Shown here in pieces: positions 36,423-46,358 of a stretch of DNA of 64,000 nucleotides. The position numbers and the translations under genes were made by a program. The notes beneath the pieces were generated by a model, which searched no databases, had not been told where the DNA came from, and saw only the letters and a list, made by a program, of their open reading frames with translations. This DNA is from Nanobdellota archaeon (GTDB taxonomy: Archaea > Nanobdellota > Nanobdellia > Pacearchaeales > GW2011-AR1): positions 136,495-200,494 of the forward strand of contig JAUSIK010000008.1 in the NCBI GenBank assembly GCA_030648155.1, given 5' to 3'. Each line of letters begins with the position of its first letter. Within the stretch, counting starts at the first letter, position 1.

Positions 36423-37022
36423 ATGGAAGAACTGCTATCTCATTATGCAAATGTAAAAGAAGAGTTAAAATCCCGTTTAAAACAATTTAAAGATTTATCA
36501 GAAGAAGCTCAATTCAAAGAATTTCTCTTTTGTCTACTTACACCTCAAAGTAATGCCCAAAGATGCTGGCAGGCAGTTGAAGAGATTTCGCGACTCCCCG
36601 AAATAGAAGAGCAGGCAGTATACAATATTCTAAAAACTAAAACAAGGTTTCATATAACAAAAACTCAAAGGATCCTGAAAGCTTACGAAAATTGGCATAA
36701 AATAAAACCATTCCTAGAAAATGAAAACATCAAAGAATTAAGAAATAAAATTGCCCAAACCGTCAATGGATACGGATTAAAAGAATCGGGGCATTTTCTA
36801 AGAAATATAGGCCTTTCCAATAATCAAATTGCAATTCTTGATAGGCATATACTTAGAAATCTCCATAATTTGAAGGTCATAAAAGATCCTAAAATAAAAT
36901 CACCTAAAAATTACCTTGAAATAGAAGATATATTCCTAAATTTTTCAAAATCAATTAATATCCCAGCAGATGAATTAGATTTGTTATGGTGGAGCAAAGA
37001 AAACGGTGAAATATTTAAGTGA
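36423..37022 (+). CDS. ogg: 8-oxoguanine DNA glycosylase/lyase, archaeal Ogg2 type
   Basis: HhH-GPD: VNGYGLKESGHFLRNIGLSNNQIAILDRHILR (catalytic Lys and Asp positions present). Confidence 0.75.
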   Translation: MEELLSHYANVKEELKSRLKQFKDLSEEAQFKEFLFCLLTPQSNAQRCWQAVEEISRLPEIEEQAVYNILKTKTRFHITKTQRILKAYENWHKIKPFLENENIKELRNKIAQTVNGYGLKESGHFLRNIGLSNNQIAILDRHILRNLHNLKVIKDPKIKSPKNYLEIEDIFLNFSKSINIPADELDLLWWSKENGEIFK

Positions 37023-37500
37023 ACTTCTTTGCATTAGCTAATAGTAAATCTTTTAATTTAATATATTCACTTATATCTCCTCTCCACTCATTAAATCCTA
37101 AAAATCTTCCTTTTTTATCATAATTCATAACCAAAACCGCCTTGTCATCGAAAAGCCAGAAATCTTTTTTAATCTTTGGCTTATTTTTTAAAAATTTTCT
37201 ATAAGCGATTGTATAAATTTCTTCTCCCTCTGCCATATAAAGCCTAAAATTTTCCATCTGAAATCTCATGTAATCCGACAATGGAAAACTAACAACTCTT
37301 ACCCTTTGAACAATTGCCCCTCTAGATTTAGCTTTCTGAATAAATTCAAGCCAGTCTTCATTATCTTCTTTTGTTACTTTTTCTTCTTTAAGAAATTTTT
37401 CAAAAGGATCCTTTTCTTCTTCTAATGAGTAAGATTGAAGAACTTCCAGTCTAAATGCGTATTTCTTAAACTCGTTAAAATGGTTAACCATAATAAACAA
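37015..37500 (-). CDS. hypothetical protein (possibly DUF6879-like)
   Basis: The pattern F..E.LQ.Y...E...F..F...W...AK.RG..VQRVRVVS.PLSDY is recalled from DUF6879. Weak. Confidence 0.3.
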   Translation of the reverse strand: MFIMVNHFNEFKKYAFRLEVLQSYSLEEEKDPFEKFLKEEKVTKEDNEDWLEFIQKAKSRGAIVQRVRVVSFPLSDYMRFQMENFRLYMAEGEEIYTIAYRKFLKNKPKIKKDFWLFDDKAVLVMNYDKKGRFLGFNEWRGDISEYIKLKDLLLANAKKFT

Positions 37501-37569
37501 TAGACTTTTAACATTTATAAACTCTTATAAAATACGAACTCTTAAATATTGCACATACTTCCACCAATA

Positions 37570-38253
37570 ATGAAAAAGATAGTGATATCCTTAGGAGGAT
37601 CCTTAATAGCCCCCGATAAAATAGATTATAAATTTCTTGATCAATTTAAAAAAATAACTAGAAAATACTACAAAAAGTACAAATTTATAATAGTTTGTGG
37701 AGGAGGTTCTATAGCACGAAAATATATTGAGGCATTAAAAAAAGAAAAAAAGTCAGAATTCCAACTGTCGAATGCAGGTATAAGAGTAACTAGAATGAAC
37801 GCTTTATTTATGATGCAATTCTTCGGAAAAGAAGCAAACGATAAGCTTCCAATAAATATGCACGAGGTAAAATCCAATTTGAATAAAAATAATATTATAT
37901 TTTGTGGAGCATTACGCTGGTCTGCACGTTCTACTTCAGATACGACAGCTGCAAAATTAGCCAATTATCTAAAAACGCCATTAGTAAATATAACAAATGT
38001 CAAGGGTCTTTATACAAAAGATCCAAATAAAAATCCAGACGCCGCATTTATTCCTCACATTGGATGGAAAGAATTCCAAAAAATGGCCCTAAAAATAAAA
38101 CACGCACCAGGACAGCATTTTGTACTCGATCAAAAAGCTTCAATTTTAATAAATAAACATAAAATTCCAACTTTCATTTTAGGAAAAAATTTAAAAAACT
38201 TAGAAAAAATTCTTGAAAATAAAAATTTTGAAGGGACAATTATTAGAAATTAA
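37570..38253 (+). CDS. pyrH: uridylate (UMP) kinase, archaeal type
   Basis: Amino-acid-kinase fold: KKIVISLGGSLI, VCGGGSIARKY, TSDTTAAKLA. The start is set at ATG 37570; the track used an upstream TTG at 37549. Confidence 0.8.
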   Translation: MKKIVISLGGSLIAPDKIDYKFLDQFKKITRKYYKKYKFIIVCGGGSIARKYIEALKKEKKSEFQLSNAGIRVTRMNALFMMQFFGKEANDKLPINMHEVKSNLNKNNIIFCGALRWSARSTSDTTAAKLANYLKTPLVNITNVKGLYTKDPNKNPDAAFIPHIGWKEFQKMALKIKHAPGQHFVLDQKASILINKHKIPTFILGKNLKNLEKILENKNFEGTIIRN

Positions 38254-38255
38254 TT

Positions 38256-39608
38256 TTACCTTTCATACACTTTTGCATTACTAGTAAATCCACTTACCTG
38301 CGATGCAGTCATTTTTGGAAAAGCTTCAAATTTTATTTTTCTTCCTTCAATCATTTGAGCCAGAACAATTCCTTCCACATTTTGTATCTCGATAGTCTTC
38401 AAACCTTTCACTGGAGATATCCTATCCCAGGAACTCCCATCAAGATTGACATAATCATATCTAACAAGTTCATATTTTATAATTCCATCATCTACACTAA
38501 TGCCGGCAGGATCAGGTGTATTGCCTTTGACTGAAAATTGGCTCGAATCCTCCCCATTATAATTTCCTATAGACAAAACAATTCTCTTAGTATCATAAGC
38601 ATCATAAACAAAAGATAAATGTCCAAGCCAGTATCTTTCTAGGCTAGTGCTATCTCCTGCATAACCATCACTTCCTTCTAAAAACCAATTTCCAACTAAT
38701 TTCCCATCTATATCATAATCAATTTTTCCACTTAAAGGTTCTTCAATTCTAATACTCAATTCAATGAGTTTACTTCTTATAGGCTCATTAAAATAATCAT
38801 AAGTGTTAGGAACATGTATTTTCCATTCTTCAGCACGATAATGTTCGGGTACTATAAAGCCAGGCAAAATAACTTCTTTATCAACCAAATTATAATCTAA
38901 ATTGTTTTTATAATAACCTATAAGTTCTCCTTCCTCTACAGGAATATTAATTCTATCATTTTTCATCTCTTCAGTGGTATATCTATTAATTTTTTCAGGC
39001 AAATTGCTAACATAAATATAAATGCTGGAAATAGTGCAAGTATGTTCTATTATCATCCTATAATCTTTTCCTTCCTCTGCTCCAGGCATATGCTGAATGC
39101 TGGTAATATATCCTTTTCCAGGAGAATATATTTCAATATCATATTCTTCATTTCCAAAATTCTGAAAATAATGATGATCAATAGGAGTTACATGCCCTCC
39201 AACCATTAATCCTAATGGTAAAAATACCTTTGTCTTATCCAAATTAACAGGTGCAAAATCAAATTTAGTTTTCGTTCCTTCGCATCCATCGTCTCTTATT
39301 ATTCCATTCTGCCGAGTTTTTTCTTGAGTATTTCCATTAGATGATAGAATAACATTGCACAATTCATTTTCATTACCTTCGCAATACTCTTCACATTTTT
39401 CTAAATTATTCGAACAAAAATCCCTGCAATTAGCTTCATCAACGCAAAAATCACCAAGGCCTTTGCTTTGAACTGCATCTAGCCTATCCATTTTAATATT
39501 ATCTTTTTCACTTTTCAAAGAAATACTTGCTCTTCCAATAAGTACTCCCACTACTAACACAATAACAATTCCTAGCACAATTAACATTATTTTTTTATTT
39601 TTCATCAT
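38256..39608 (-). CDS. secreted/anchored Cys-rich protein with weak LytM/M23-like C-terminal region
   Basis: TM anchor IMLIVLGIVIVLVVGVLI. Cys-rich module CVDEANCRDFCSNNLEKCEEYCEG..C. GGHVTPIDHH ... IPVEEGELIGYY. The start at 39606-39608 forms an ATGA overlap with the upstream stop. Confidence 0.45.
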   Translation of the reverse strand: MMKNKKIMLIVLGIVIVLVVGVLIGRASISLKSEKDNIKMDRLDAVQSKGLGDFCVDEANCRDFCSNNLEKCEEYCEGNENELCNVILSSNGNTQEKTRQNGIIRDDGCEGTKTKFDFAPVNLDKTKVFLPLGLMVGGHVTPIDHHYFQNFGNEEYDIEIYSPGKGYITSIQHMPGAEEGKDYRMIIEHTCTISSIYIYVSNLPEKINRYTTEEMKNDRINIPVEEGELIGYYKNNLDYNLVDKEVILPGFIVPEHYRAEEWKIHVPNTYDYFNEPIRSKLIELSIRIEEPLSGKIDYDIDGKLVGNWFLEGSDGYAGDSTSLERYWLGHLSFVYDAYDTKRIVLSIGNYNGEDSSQFSVKGNTPDPAGISVDDGIIKYELVRYDYVNLDGSSWDRISPVKGLKTIEIQNVEGIVLAQMIEGRKIKFEAFPKMTASQVSGFTSNAKVYER

Positions 39609-40480
39609 TTTTCCACAATGCTCTCTACTAAACACCCAGGAGCAACCCATTTTTCCTGTTCATAAACATTTTTCCCAACAAATTCTTCCCAGTCGCTTGC
39701 TAATTTGTTAATTTTCTCCTTATATACAGGCTTTAAATCGGAATCAAGAAAATTAAATGGACAATATTTTATAATTTCTTTTCCACCCTTCCACACAACA
39801 AATTCGACCATCGCTATCTCATATTGAAAAGTGCTTCTTGGAGCAGCTTCACCAACAATATCACCTGCCTTCACTATATCTCCTCCCTTAACAACAACGT
39901 TTACAAGATGTTCAAAACTAACAATCCAGTCAACTCCATTCTCCACTATATTAATTCCCCAGTCTTTAGTATGATTAAAATAAACCACTTGTACTCTGCC
40001 GCCAATAGGCGCCACAACTTTTGTATTTAGAGGGACATAAAACCAATATTCTATAGCCCCAATATCACCTTGTCTATATTTATCCTTGCTCCCAAAATCT
40101 AGAAAAACCTTTTCATTTGAAACATGCCCATCATCAAAAAGTAGTTTTTTAGAAAATATTAGGTCTCCGGCAAGATTCGTTTGCTTATTCCATGAGCCTA
40201 TATTAACTCCTAAATTTTTCAGTACAGGAAGCGAATTTTTAGGTAAAGAATCATTTTCAGAAATACTTTCAGTATGAGAATCTTTTGAACTATTTTCTAT
40301 TCCATCTAAAACCTTGCCCTTTTCATCTAAATTGCCTTCAATAATCGTATTTCTATTCTCTATTTTACCTAGATTCTCCCCATCGTCTCTCTCCCAAAAG
40401 CCCAATTTTATTATGCCAATTAAACTAATAATAAGGACCCCAATTATAATCAATACCAAAATAATTTTTTTATTTTTCAT
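39605..40480 (-). CDS. secreted/anchored protein with degenerate LytM/M23-like barrel
   Basis: TM anchor. VVAPIGGRVQVV ... SFEHLVNVVVKGGDIVKAGDIVGE resembles the M23 core, but no HxxxD/HxH motif is seen. 4-nt overlaps on both sides. Confidence 0.4.
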   Translation of the reverse strand: MKNKKIILVLIIIGVLIISLIGIIKLGFWERDDGENLGKIENRNTIIEGNLDEKGKVLDGIENSSKDSHTESISENDSLPKNSLPVLKNLGVNIGSWNKQTNLAGDLIFSKKLLFDDGHVSNEKVFLDFGSKDKYRQGDIGAIEYWFYVPLNTKVVAPIGGRVQVVYFNHTKDWGINIVENGVDWIVSFEHLVNVVVKGGDIVKAGDIVGEAAPRSTFQYEIAMVEFVVWKGGKEIIKYCPFNFLDSDLKPVYKEKINKLASDWEEFVGKNVYEQEKWVAPGCLVESIVEK

Positions 40481-41619
40481 TTCAATAACCTCTCTGCATT
40501 TTTATAAGCAAAATTTTCTTGAACATTAATATCCAAACGAGCTATAAAAGCCCTTCCATAATTTGTCAGTGCCTGTCCGACTTCAACATCATGGCTCCAA
40601 AGAACTTGAGGGCTCCTATCTGTCCCCCATAAGAACTGATTAGGATATTTTTCGATTATATGTTTCCAATCAGCAAGATCCCTTTCTAAAAGAACCTCAT
40701 AATTTTCAAGATGTGCTAAAAATTGCCCTTTAGTAACTTCTGGTCTAAGCATCCATTCATCCCCATAAAGCTCATCAATAGTATAATAAACATTAGAATG
40801 CCTGCTTATTATCTCTTCAATGTGTTGCAAATTTTGTTTTCCACTATTCTTGCTTATTAATTGATCCCCATGCCAAATAAAATTTATATCAGGGTTTTGC
40901 TCTAAAATCCCCTCAAAGCTCTCTTGATGAGCTTCACCTAAATGAAAATAAACAATTAAATTATTCTCTTTAATAACAGGATAAATATCAAGAAGTCTTT
41001 CAGAATCAGGCGCCAATGCTTCGGCTCCTCCCTGACGAGCATAAAGTCCAATCTCCCCATATCCCTCAAATAGATTAGGATATTTATTTAACATTTTATC
41101 CAGCACTTTTGCTTCCACTGTTGGATGTCCATTAATACTATTATCATTATCAGGAGGCATTATAAATGGTACAAACAAATCCGGATATAAATCCATAGTT
41201 CTTTTTGCAACTTCTATATATTGCCAATCTTCATTAGGAAAAACTGGAAAAAAGGCGAACACCTTCATTGTATTCTCTTGTTTTAATGTACAGACGATAT
41301 CGCTAATTTCAATATTACTTCCTAAAAACGGCCTCATTTCAGTATTTGCAGGTTCAGGTTCTCCTGGAGGGTAATCTGGTAAATTAGGTATGTGATAATG
41401 GCTATCTATAAGCGGACCATCATAATATAATTCCCCATACCTTTTCCATTTGATAGAAGTGCATTCATTCAATGACAACGCCGCATCAATCCTTTGATTC
41501 CATATCTTTTCTTCAAAGTCCCCCCCATCATCTTCGTTTTTTTCTCTAATTTTCCATGTACTGATAACTATTATTGCCAAAAATACAATCCCTAATAAAA
41601 AAATAAAACTCTTTTTCAT
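40477..41619 (-). CDS. membrane-anchored amidohydrolase-superfamily (TIM-barrel metallohydrolase) protein
   Basis: N-terminal TM. IDSHYHIPN (HxH), later FHLGE and WGTDRS. Confidence 0.55.
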   Translation of the reverse strand: MKKSFIFLLGIVFLAIIVISTWKIREKNEDDGGDFEEKIWNQRIDAALSLNECTSIKWKRYGELYYDGPLIDSHYHIPNLPDYPPGEPEPANTEMRPFLGSNIEISDIVCTLKQENTMKVFAFFPVFPNEDWQYIEVAKRTMDLYPDLFVPFIMPPDNDNSINGHPTVEAKVLDKMLNKYPNLFEGYGEIGLYARQGGAEALAPDSERLLDIYPVIKENNLIVYFHLGEAHQESFEGILEQNPDINFIWHGDQLISKNSGKQNLQHIEEIISRHSNVYYTIDELYGDEWMLRPEVTKGQFLAHLENYEVLLERDLADWKHIIEKYPNQFLWGTDRSPQVLWSHDVEVGQALTNYGRAFIARLDINVQENFAYKNAERLLK

Positions 41620-41706
41620 TCAATCACCTCAATTATCCAAGTAATAATGATTATAAAAAGTTTTCTCAAACAACATCTTTTTATAATATCTCTTCCAAAT
41701 AAAACA

Positions 41707-42144
41707 ATGATATCAACAACAAATATTGAACATGCAAAAAACTTAATAAAGAAATCAACAGAAAAACCAATAATAGTAAAAGCTCAAAACCTAGAGTTTA
41801 ATAGAAAGATTTTAGAATATGGGAAGTTTGATATAATTTTATCAATCGAGTCAACTTCACAAAGAGAAGATACTCCTAAAAGTATAGATTCAGGTCTTAA
41901 TCATGTTCTAGGAAAAATTGCTTCAAAAAATAACATTTCTTTAGGTATTGATTTAAAAGAAATTCAATCTTTGGATAAAAAACAAAAAGCTATTCGAATT
42001 TCAAAAATTATTCAAAATATAAAAGTTGCAGGAAAAACAAAAACAAAAATTAAGCTTTTAAATTTCAAGGATAAAAGAATAGCCTTTTCATTTCTAATCT
42101 CTCTAGGAGCTTCAACAAACCAGGCTTCAGAAGCAGTAAAATGA
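41707..42144 (+). CDS. reduced RNase P protein component 3 (Rpp30-like)
   Basis: FDIILSIES...GLNHVLGKIASKNNISLGIDL...RIAFSFLISLGAS parallels the archaeal Rpp30 C-terminal two-thirds. ATG 41707 lies about 20 nt after ttttataata. The track ORF starts at 41647. Confidence 0.5.
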   Translation: MISTTNIEHAKNLIKKSTEKPIIVKAQNLEFNRKILEYGKFDIILSIESTSQREDTPKSIDSGLNHVLGKIASKNNISLGIDLKEIQSLDKKQKAIRISKIIQNIKVAGKTKTKIKLLNFKDKRIAFSFLISLGASTNQASEAVK

Positions 42145-42467
42145 AAATCAAGAAAGATAAATTTTTTAGAGAAAGAGGAAGCTCTGCTAAAATAATAAAA
42201 GTGCAATGTATAAAATGTGGAGATATGCTACTAACTTATCAGAAGGACGGACCTGGGTGGCTAAAAAGGTGTTATCTAAATAGAATAATCTCTCCAGAAA
42301 ATTATCACGATCTTCAATTCAATAAGACCCTCAAAGAAAAAGACCTTGGAAACCTAGTATGCGCTTGTGGAAAAGTCATTGGTTCTCCAATGAAACATAA
42401 AGATGGAAGACTTGCCTTTCATTTAATCAGAGGTAATTTTAAAAGATTAATTGCAAAAAATAGTTAA
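42141..42467 (+). CDS. zinc-ribbon protein (108 aa), translationally coupled to the Rpp30-like gene
   Basis: CIKCG ... CACG four-Cys ribbon. ATGA overlap with the upstream gene. Confidence 0.45.
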   Translation: MKIKKDKFFRERGSSAKIIKVQCIKCGDMLLTYQKDGPGWLKRCYLNRIISPENYHDLQFNKTLKEKDLGNLVCACGKVIGSPMKHKDGRLAFHLIRGNFKRLIAKNS

Positions 42468-42489
42468 ATAATCCTTACTTAAAGATTAA

Positions 42490-42768
42490 ATGTATAGAAG
42501 ATATAAATTTGACATTTGGGATGTAATAATATGGATCTCTTTAATTGTCCTTATATTATATATTTTGGGAAAATTAACAGGCCTTATTAATACGCCAGAA
42601 TGGGTTAACTTAATCCCTATAATAACGATGGTTTTCTTTGCAGGAGCATTCTATCAAAAAGTTATTGCTTTTATGGAAAAAATGAATTATCGTACAGATT
42701 TTCTTAAAACGAATCTTGAAAGTATTAATAATAAAATCAAAAAGTCCTTGAGTTTTACCACACCTTAA
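42490..42768 (+). CDS. small 2-TM membrane protein (92 aa)
   Basis: ORF with two hydrophobic helices. Confidence 0.4.
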   Translation: MYRRYKFDIWDVIIWISLIVLILYILGKLTGLINTPEWVNLIPIITMVFFAGAFYQKVIAFMEKMNYRTDFLKTNLESINNKIKKSLSFTTP

Positions 42769-42808
42769 AAGGCGTGGTTTGTTTTGGACTTTTGGATGCT
42801 CAAGATTT

Positions 42809-42836
42809 AACTCCATGCTAAAGCATGGAGTTTTAG
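42809..42836 (+). terminator. hairpin + T-run downstream of 42490..42768
   Basis: AACTCCATGC-taaa-GCATGGAGTT followed by TTTT. Confidence 0.3.
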
Positions 42837-42972
42837 TCAAGAATCTTGACATAACAAATTTATCGTCACAATTTATAACTCATGAAAAAATACTCTTTTC
42901 TATTAGAAAGAAAAATAAAAGAATTTAAGAGCTACCCATAACATTTTTAACCCCATTCGGCCTATTTTACTA

Positions 42973-44484
42973 ATGTCTAATCAAATGGAAAAAATAATAG
43001 AAAAACTCTCTCCTATGGAAAGGAAAATAATTCCTTTTTTAAATCTAAGTATTGAAGAAATAGAACAAAAATCAAGTTTAGATAGTGTTTCTACATTGAG
43101 GGCATTAAAATTTCTTGAAAATAAAGATATAATTAAAATCAAAAAAACATCTAAAAAAATAATTGATTTAGGCACCAACGGCATTTATTATAAAAATAAT
43201 CACTTGCCTGAAAGAAAGCTCCTTACATTATTAGAACAAAATAAAACAATTTCATTGCAAGAGGCAGAAAAACTCTCAAAACTTTCAGAAAATGAATTTA
43301 AAGTTTCCTTAGGAATATTAAAAAACAAAGCATTTATTGAAATAAAAAACGGCAAAATAGTACTTACTGCAAAAAAAGAAGAAATAACCAAGAAATTTTT
43401 AGAAGAGCATCTAATTGAAATGCTTCCTATAGAAGAATCTAAATTAGCTCCAGAAAGCAAACATGCTTTAGAAAACTTAAAGAGAAGAAAAAATATTGTA
43501 GAAATTAAAGAGTTAAATTTGGTAGAATTTGAATTAACCAGCATTGGCCAAAAACTAGCTGGAAAAGAAATAAAATCAGATCTAATTGAAGAATTAACTC
43601 CAGAAATAATTAAAAACTGGAACAAAACAAAAAAATTTAGAACATATGATATACAATCGCCTGTTCCTTCAATTTCTGGAGGAAAAAAACATTTTGTAAA
43701 TGAAGCAATAGAATATGCAAAAAGAATTTGGCTTGATTTAGGATTTAAAGAAATGTCAGGCAATATGATCGAAACTGGTTTCTGGAATTTCGATGCATTA
43801 TTTACAGCACAAGATCATCCAGCTAGAGAAATGCAAGATACATTCTTTATAAAAGACATAGAAGGAGTACTCCCCAGCAAAGAAATAGTTTCAAATGTAA
43901 AAAAAGCACATGAAAAAGGAATTGAAGGAAGTAAAGGTTGGGGATATGAATGGAAAGAGAAAGAAGCTAAAAAAGTAGCACTTAGAACCCATACAACCTG
44001 CGTTTCCGCGCGAACCCTTGCCTCTCTTAAACCTTCAGACCTTCCTGCAAAATATTTTATTATAGAAAAAGTATTTAGAAATGAAACACTAGATTGGAAG
44101 CACGGATTCGAATTTTATCAAACCGAAGGAATTGTAATAGATGAAAAAGTAAATTTCACCCATCTTTTGGGATTCTTAAAGGAATTTTATAAAAAAATGG
44201 GTTTTGATAAAATTAAATTGGTCCCCTCATATTTTGCTTACACTGAACCAAGCGTAGAAGTACAAGTCTTTCACGAAGGAAGAAAAGAATGGCTCGAATT
44301 AGGGGGGGCAGGAGTATTCAGGCCAGAAGTTACAATTCCGTTGTTAGGAAAAAACGTTAGAGTATTAGCTTGGGGGCAAGGATTCGACAGAATAATAACA
44401 GACTATTACAAAATCAAAGATTTAAGAGAACTATATTCAAATGATTTAAAAGAATTAAGAAATAAAAAAGCTTGGATTAAATAA
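42973..44484 (+). CDS. pheS: phenylalanyl-tRNA synthetase alpha subunit (archaeal type)
   Basis: 503 aa with N-terminal wHTH repeats. Class II core: HPAREMQDTFF, LRTHTT, FRNETLDWKHGFEFYQTEG, GAGVFRPEV. Confidence 0.9.
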   Translation: MSNQMEKIIEKLSPMERKIIPFLNLSIEEIEQKSSLDSVSTLRALKFLENKDIIKIKKTSKKIIDLGTNGIYYKNNHLPERKLLTLLEQNKTISLQEAEKLSKLSENEFKVSLGILKNKAFIEIKNGKIVLTAKKEEITKKFLEEHLIEMLPIEESKLAPESKHALENLKRRKNIVEIKELNLVEFELTSIGQKLAGKEIKSDLIEELTPEIIKNWNKTKKFRTYDIQSPVPSISGGKKHFVNEAIEYAKRIWLDLGFKEMSGNMIETGFWNFDALFTAQDHPAREMQDTFFIKDIEGVLPSKEIVSNVKKAHEKGIEGSKGWGYEWKEKEAKKVALRTHTTCVSARTLASLKPSDLPAKYFIIEKVFRNETLDWKHGFEFYQTEGIVIDEKVNFTHLLGFLKEFYKKMGFDKIKLVPSYFAYTEPSVEVQVFHEGRKEWLELGGAGVFRPEVTIPLLGKNVRVLAWGQGFDRIITDYYKIKDLRELYSNDLKELRNKKAWIK

Positions 44485-44485
44485 A

Positions 44486-46117
44486 ATGGCAAACGTAAAA
44501 TTTACAAGAAGTGAATTAGAAAAATCAATTAAATTGACCAGTGATGTTATTGAAAAAATAGAGCTGTTTGGAGTGCCAATCGAATCAATAACAGATACTG
44601 AAATAGAAATAGAAGTCCTGCCAAATAGGCCTGATTTGCTGTCAATCCAAGGATTCATTAGAGCTGTAAATAATTATTTAGGCAAAGAAAAAGGGTTAAA
44701 AAAATATAAAATAAATAAACCAGAAAAAAACTACAAAGTATTTATAGATTCAGAAGTAAAGAATATTCGTCCTTATACTGCATGTGCGATCGCTTCAAAT
44801 CTTTCTCTGGATGATGAAAAAATTTCCTCACTAATAGATTTACAGGAAAAACTTCACTCTACACTTGGAAGAAAAAGAAAAAAGGTGGCCATTGGAATAT
44901 ACCCATTAGAAAAAATTTCTCTGCCAATAACTTATACTGCACTGTCTCCAGACAAAATAAAATTTATTCCTCTAGAATTCGATAAACCGCTGGATGCCGG
45001 CCAAATATTGCAAAAACACCCTGCAGGAAAAGAATATGCCCATCTCTTGGAAAACTTTAGTAAATATCCTGTCTTTCTAGATTCAAAAAAGAACATCCTG
45101 TCTATGCCTCCAATAATAAACAGCAATGAAACTGGAAGAATCACTAATGAAACAAAATCAGTGTTTATCGAATGTTCTGGTTCAGATTTTAACGCCTTAA
45201 AAAAAACACTGAATATTATTATAACTACTCTAGCCGATATGGGGGGGAAAATTTTCTCCATGGAGCTTATTTATGGAAAAAATAAAGAGATAACCCCTAA
45301 TCTTGAAACAGAAAAGATAAAAATTTCAATAGATAACATAAATTCCCTTTTAGGATTAAACTTAAAAGATAAAGACCTGGAAAACCTTCTTCCAAAGATG
45401 GGATATAACTATAATAAAGGAAAAGTAGAAATACCTCCCTGGAGAATCGATATTCTTCATGAGGTCGATATTATAGAAGATATAGCGATAGCCTATGGAT
45501 ATAATAATTTAATCCCTCAAATGCCAAATATTTCAACTCTGGCTGAAGAAACAAAAGAAAGCAGAATTAAGAGAAAAATAGCCGAAATTCTTATAGGTTT
45601 AGGGTTGCTGGAAACCTCTTCATATCATTTAATTAAGGGAGATGAAAAAAATAAAATAAGAAGTGAAAGTTTAATAGAACTAGAAAATTCGAAAACAGAA
45701 TATAAATTCCTTCGCCCAAACCTCCTTATCCCAGCATTAAGAATATTAACTGAAAATAAAGACAATGATTACCCTCAAAAAATCTTTGAAATTGGAAAAG
45801 TCTTTCTACTAGAAAAAAATTCTTCAGAATCTAAAGTAAGCGAAAAAGAAAATTTAATTATTTATATGTCTCCATCAAATTTCACAGAGATAAAGCAAAT
45901 CTTAGATTATCTATTTAGATTATTAGGCATAAAATACTCATTGAAAGAATCATCACACTCATCATTAATTGAAGGCCGTTCAGCTTTAATAAATGCAAAT
46001 AGCAATATTGGTTACTTGGGAGATATTCACCCAAAAATTCTTCAAGATTGGAATATTAAAATGCCTGTAGCGGTTCTTGAGATTTCTTTAAGTAATATTT
46101 ATGAATTAATTAATTAA
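44486..46117 (+). CDS. pheT: phenylalanyl-tRNA synthetase beta subunit (archaeal type)
   Basis: 543 aa. Starts 1 nt after pheS. B3/4 and B5-like blocks (LPNRPDLLS, PPWRIDILHEVDIIEDIAIAYGY). Confidence 0.9.
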   Translation: MANVKFTRSELEKSIKLTSDVIEKIELFGVPIESITDTEIEIEVLPNRPDLLSIQGFIRAVNNYLGKEKGLKKYKINKPEKNYKVFIDSEVKNIRPYTACAIASNLSLDDEKISSLIDLQEKLHSTLGRKRKKVAIGIYPLEKISLPITYTALSPDKIKFIPLEFDKPLDAGQILQKHPAGKEYAHLLENFSKYPVFLDSKKNILSMPPIINSNETGRITNETKSVFIECSGSDFNALKKTLNIIITTLADMGGKIFSMELIYGKNKEITPNLETEKIKISIDNINSLLGLNLKDKDLENLLPKMGYNYNKGKVEIPPWRIDILHEVDIIEDIAIAYGYNNLIPQMPNISTLAEETKESRIKRKIAEILIGLGLLETSSYHLIKGDEKNKIRSESLIELENSKTEYKFLRPNLLIPALRILTENKDNDYPQKIFEIGKVFLLEKNSSESKVSEKENLIIYMSPSNFTEIKQILDYLFRLLGIKYSLKESSHSSLIEGRSALINANSNIGYLGDIHPKILQDWNIKMPVAVLEISLSNIYELIN

Positions 46118-46118
46118 G

Positions 46119-46207
46119 ATCATAAAACCCTTCAGGTTTCGTGGTTTTGTGAGAACCTGGAGAAATCGACAAAGTAAACTCCTAAAATCTGGCGATTTCT
46201 CACGAGT
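46119..46207 (+). repeat. about 90-nt structured repeat element, copy 2
   Basis: ATCATAAAACCCTTCAGGTTTCGTGGTTTTGTGAGAACCTGGAGAAATCGACA...GGCGATTTCTCACGAGT begins 2 nt after the pheT stop. See 9868..9960. Confidence 0.6.
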
Positions 46208-46358
46208 GTTTATTATCTCTCTATTTTCAATCCTATATTTTCTAAAAAATACTTCTCCCTTCTCTTCAGCTTCTATAAATCTAGAAAAACCAAACTGCCA
46301 AGTGCAATTAAACCTGCCCATCCAATAAAAGAATCCAGTAAAATATCTTTTCTATTTA

